Assembly (NCBI GenBank): GCA_050287845.1 | Contig: JBNKCR010000034.1 | Coordinates: 1 to 64,000 of the forward strand | From: Polyangia bacterium | GTDB lineage: Bacteria > Myxococcota_A > Polyangia > JAAYKL01 | Direction: 5' to 3' | Length of the DNA: 64,000 bases | In this document: one piece after another, positions 61,412-64,000 of the stretch | Numbering within the stretch: position 1 is the stretch's first letter | Layout: every line of letters starts with the position of its first letter | Program-made: the position numbers and the translations under genes | The notes under the pieces: generated by a model | The model's input: the letters and a program-made list of their open reading frames with translations, nothing else | Told to the model about the DNA's origin: nothing | Databases searched by the model: none

Positions 61412-62374
61412 ATGAAAAAGCGTTTGAATCTGATAACTGCGGGAATTGGCAGCGGACTTGTGTTGGCCTGGTTGACAGGCTGTGCCGCCGAATCGGCACA
61501 GAAAAGCAGCGACCACATGCGGGATCTGGAAAAACAGGTGATGCAGCTGAAGGCGGAGAACGCCAATCTGCAGGCGCGAACCAGGGAGCTGGATGACAAG
61601 GTGTTGCTGTACGAAAAGATGGCAACCATGGAAACGCGCAAAAAGTCAAAGGATGGCATGCGAACGGTGCGTCTCACGCCGGACGGCGTCGCTGCGGACG
61701 GGATATACGCGAATGCGGAAGAACCATATAGCGAAGAAGCCAGTGTTTCGTTCAGAGAGCAGTTTGCCGACGGTGAAGGTGACGCTGAAGATCGTCCGGT
61801 ACTGCGACTGAATGAGGGGTCTCTTGCCCGGTATGACAACTCAACTCTTTCCAGCACGAATCATCAGAGGTCGTCCTCGCCGTCATGGAAAGACATTCCG
61901 GTAACAAATCAGGGCGATAACCTGGGGGTGGTTTCCGCGGATGGCCAGCTTGAGCAGGCCGAGGCGGATTCGATGGATTTATTCAATGCGGCGTATCGGT
62001 CATATAACAATCGGGATTATGCTGCGGCGCTGGCCGGGTTCTCCACATTTCTTCAGCGGGAGAGCAATCATCGCTTTGCGGACAATGCCGTGTTCTGGAT
62101 TGCCGAATGCTATCTGGCAATGGGCAAGCAATTCAAGGCGGTAGGCGAATTTGAACGGTTGCTCCGGCGGTATCCCAAATCGGAGCAGGCGGCATCCAGT
62201 ATGTACCGCATCGGATTCATTTACGACCAGATGCAGGATATGGCGAAGGCCAGGGAATACTATTTCAGAGTCGTGGAAAAATTTCCCGGCACCGAAGCCG
62301 CCAGGAAGGCGAGTAGACGAATGTCGGACGATAACGGCGGTGCCAGACTGGTCCGGACGTCGGCAAAAAGGTGA
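61412..62374 (+). CDS. cpoB: Tol-Pal associated CpoB/YbgF-like lipoprotein
   Basis: LTGC lipobox, coiled coil, TPR with DNAVFWIAECY, YPKS, FPGTEAA. Confidence 0.8.
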   Translation: MKKRLNLITAGIGSGLVLAWLTGCAAESAQKSSDHMRDLEKQVMQLKAENANLQARTRELDDKVLLYEKMATMETRKKSKDGMRTVRLTPDGVAADGIYANAEEPYSEEASVSFREQFADGEGDAEDRPVLRLNEGSLARYDNSTLSSTNHQRSSSPSWKDIPVTNQGDNLGVVSADGQLEQAEADSMDLFNAAYRSYNNRDYAAALAGFSTFLQRESNHRFADNAVFWIAECYLAMGKQFKAVGEFERLLRRYPKSEQAASSMYRIGFIYDQMQDMAKAREYYFRVVEKFPGTEAARKASRRMSDDNGGARLVRTSAKR

Positions 62375-63645
62375 AGATGATGAACATTTTTTTGAGGGTT
62401 GGTATTTATTTCGGTGTGCTCGGACTGTCCATTTCCGGTGGTTCTGTGGCAGTGGCAAAGGATTTCACTTTTGGCGGCAGTATGGATGCCAGTGGTGGAA
62501 CCGATGGAAATAACGACTTCAATGCCAGTGGGGATGTGGATATGCGCGGCGAGGAGGCAGGGAAGTACGAGCGCGATATGAAGCCCGGATTGACCGTGTA
62601 CTCCCCCGAGCCGCCTCAGTCCGCACTTGCGGTGGCTGCGGCGAATCGCCAATCAATTTCTATCGGACCCAAACCGGCCCCTGCCATGGAGGAGTCCGAA
62701 GAAAAGATGAGCATTAAAAAGGTGCACACGGTGCAGACCGGTGACACGCTCTGGGACATCTGCACCACGTACTTCGGAGACCCCTACGTGTGGCCGCGAA
62801 TCTGGTCTTACAATCCGAAAATTACAAACCCCAACTGGATTTACCCGGGAGATACCCTGTGGCTGGCGCCACCAATGCTGGAGCCAACCACCGCGATTGC
62901 GGAATCCGGTCCGCCCAACGCCGCGCAACTGGCTGCGGCAAGACGCCGGGCGGATGCAATTCTGTCCCGGAACCGGGGATTCGTGGATTCGAAGGTCCTG
63001 GCGCAGTCGGGGGTGGTCAGCGGTGCGCAAAAGGAAATTACATTGCTTTCTCAATTTGATGAAGCCTATGTGGCGTTTGAGCAGAACAAAGATGTTCAGG
63101 TGGGGGATGAATTTGCGGCCTATCGAATATTGAAGGCAGTGAATGCCGTGGATGATCCGGAAACCGAAGTGGGGAAACTGGTAGAAATTCTGGGCGCGGT
63201 CCGCGTGATCAGTTTTGATAAGAAACAGCGGATTGCCCGGGTGGTAATTGATGAATCCATGCATCCCATTGAGCGGGGCACCATGATTGGACCCGTGCAT
63301 CGGCGATTTGATCTGGTTCCCTCAAGGGTCAACGAAAAAGAATTGAAGGGCAACATTGTGGCCCATCTCGATCCGACCGTATTGTTCAGCCAGCATCAGA
63401 TTGTTTTTGTGGATAAAGGGCAAACGGATGGGGTTCGCGAAGGCAACCGATTTTTTGTGGTGAAAAAACGGGATTTCTATCGGGAAAGTCTGAAGCAGCC
63501 AGATGCACATGAGGGGTATCCGTACGAGGTGCTCGCCGAACTGCGCGTTCTGGAAACACGCCCGGGCACATCCACCTGCCTGGTCACCGGTGCCACCCGC
63601 GCCCTCGAAGATGGCGCTGAGGTGGAAATGGTCAAAGGCTACTGA
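62371..63645 (+). CDS. LysM peptidoglycan-binding protein
   Basis: HTVQTGDTLWDI...WPRIW..NP.I.NPNWIYPGD. Confidence 0.88.
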   Translation: MKMMNIFLRVGIYFGVLGLSISGGSVAVAKDFTFGGSMDASGGTDGNNDFNASGDVDMRGEEAGKYERDMKPGLTVYSPEPPQSALAVAAANRQSISIGPKPAPAMEESEEKMSIKKVHTVQTGDTLWDICTTYFGDPYVWPRIWSYNPKITNPNWIYPGDTLWLAPPMLEPTTAIAESGPPNAAQLAAARRRADAILSRNRGFVDSKVLAQSGVVSGAQKEITLLSQFDEAYVAFEQNKDVQVGDEFAAYRILKAVNAVDDPETEVGKLVEILGAVRVISFDKKQRIARVVIDESMHPIERGTMIGPVHRRFDLVPSRVNEKELKGNIVAHLDPTVLFSQHQIVFVDKGQTDGVREGNRFFVVKKRDFYRESLKQPDAHEGYPYEVLAELRVLETRPGTSTCLVTGATRALEDGAEVEMVKGY

Positions 63646-63649
63646 CCGT

Positions 63650-64000
63650 TCATTTCCGCTTTCGCTTCTGTATGGCTGCCATGGCGGCTTTCTGTTCTTC
63701 CAGTAAATGCCGGAGCAGTTCCTTCAGCGTAAATGTCATATTGGTGGGCGTGGTGGTGGCGAACACCGGGCGACTGAGCCCATTTTTTGAAAACCCCCGC
63801 ATGATGGTCTGAACATCGGCCGAGGTCATGCCGGAAAACACCATCACGTGTGGCAGCGCGCCATCGGCGGCCGGGGCCTCCTGTGAGTCGCTGGACAGCA
63901 CCGATTCCAGTGTGTCGTTCAATTGTGATTCGCTGCAGGGGCGAACGGGGACGTCATGGTATCCCAGCGAAAGAAGAAAAGCAGACAGCGCTGTAACTTC
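63650..64000 (-). CDS. DUF3783-like protein (5' end outside window)
   Basis: Frame open to the window end; VFATTTPTNM.FTLKELLRHLLEE. Confidence 0.75.
   Translation of the reverse strand, partial: EVTALSAFLLSLGYHDVPVRPCSESQLNDTLESVLSSDSQEAPAADGALPHVMVFSGMTSADVQTIMRGFSKNGLSRPVFATTTPTNMTFTLKELLRHLLEEQKAAMAAIQKRKRK

Overview
Chromosomal window, mostly fairly GC-rich. Gene content (FrgA-like, TPR-PEGA, DUF4911, LysM/CpoB, many acidic-linker lipoproteins, iron-sulfur flavoprotein) suggests a Myxococcota/Deltaproteobacteria-type bacterium; this is an inference. Housekeeping blocks: rpmH-rnpA-yidD-yidC-jag-mnmE (no adjacent dnaA), ptsP-pyrK-pyrD, hemW, gltA, prmA-rsmE, nadD, cpoB. Accessory parts include (i) a decayed REP-associated transposase with REP palindromes; (ii) a predicted lipoprotein with lamin-tail domains and a dikinase in His-domain-then-ATP-grasp order; (iii) a hipBA module with two operators, bracketed by a 35-bp imperfect direct repeat; (iv) a self-promoted two-gene unit of a Tat-signal acidic lipoprotein plus a radical SAM/SPASM enzyme, a candidate new protein/peptide modification system; (v) lipoprotein CAZymes (CE1-, CE2-, CE3-, GH8-like) on long Asp-Thr/Asp-Ser repeat stalks, one apparently a chimera made by recombination within the repeats; (vi) a TIR / nSTAND1-TM / TPR-PEGA operon, a candidate immune or signalling system. 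No rRNA, tRNA or CRISPR array was recognised. All assignments come from motif recognition by eye; no database searches were run.
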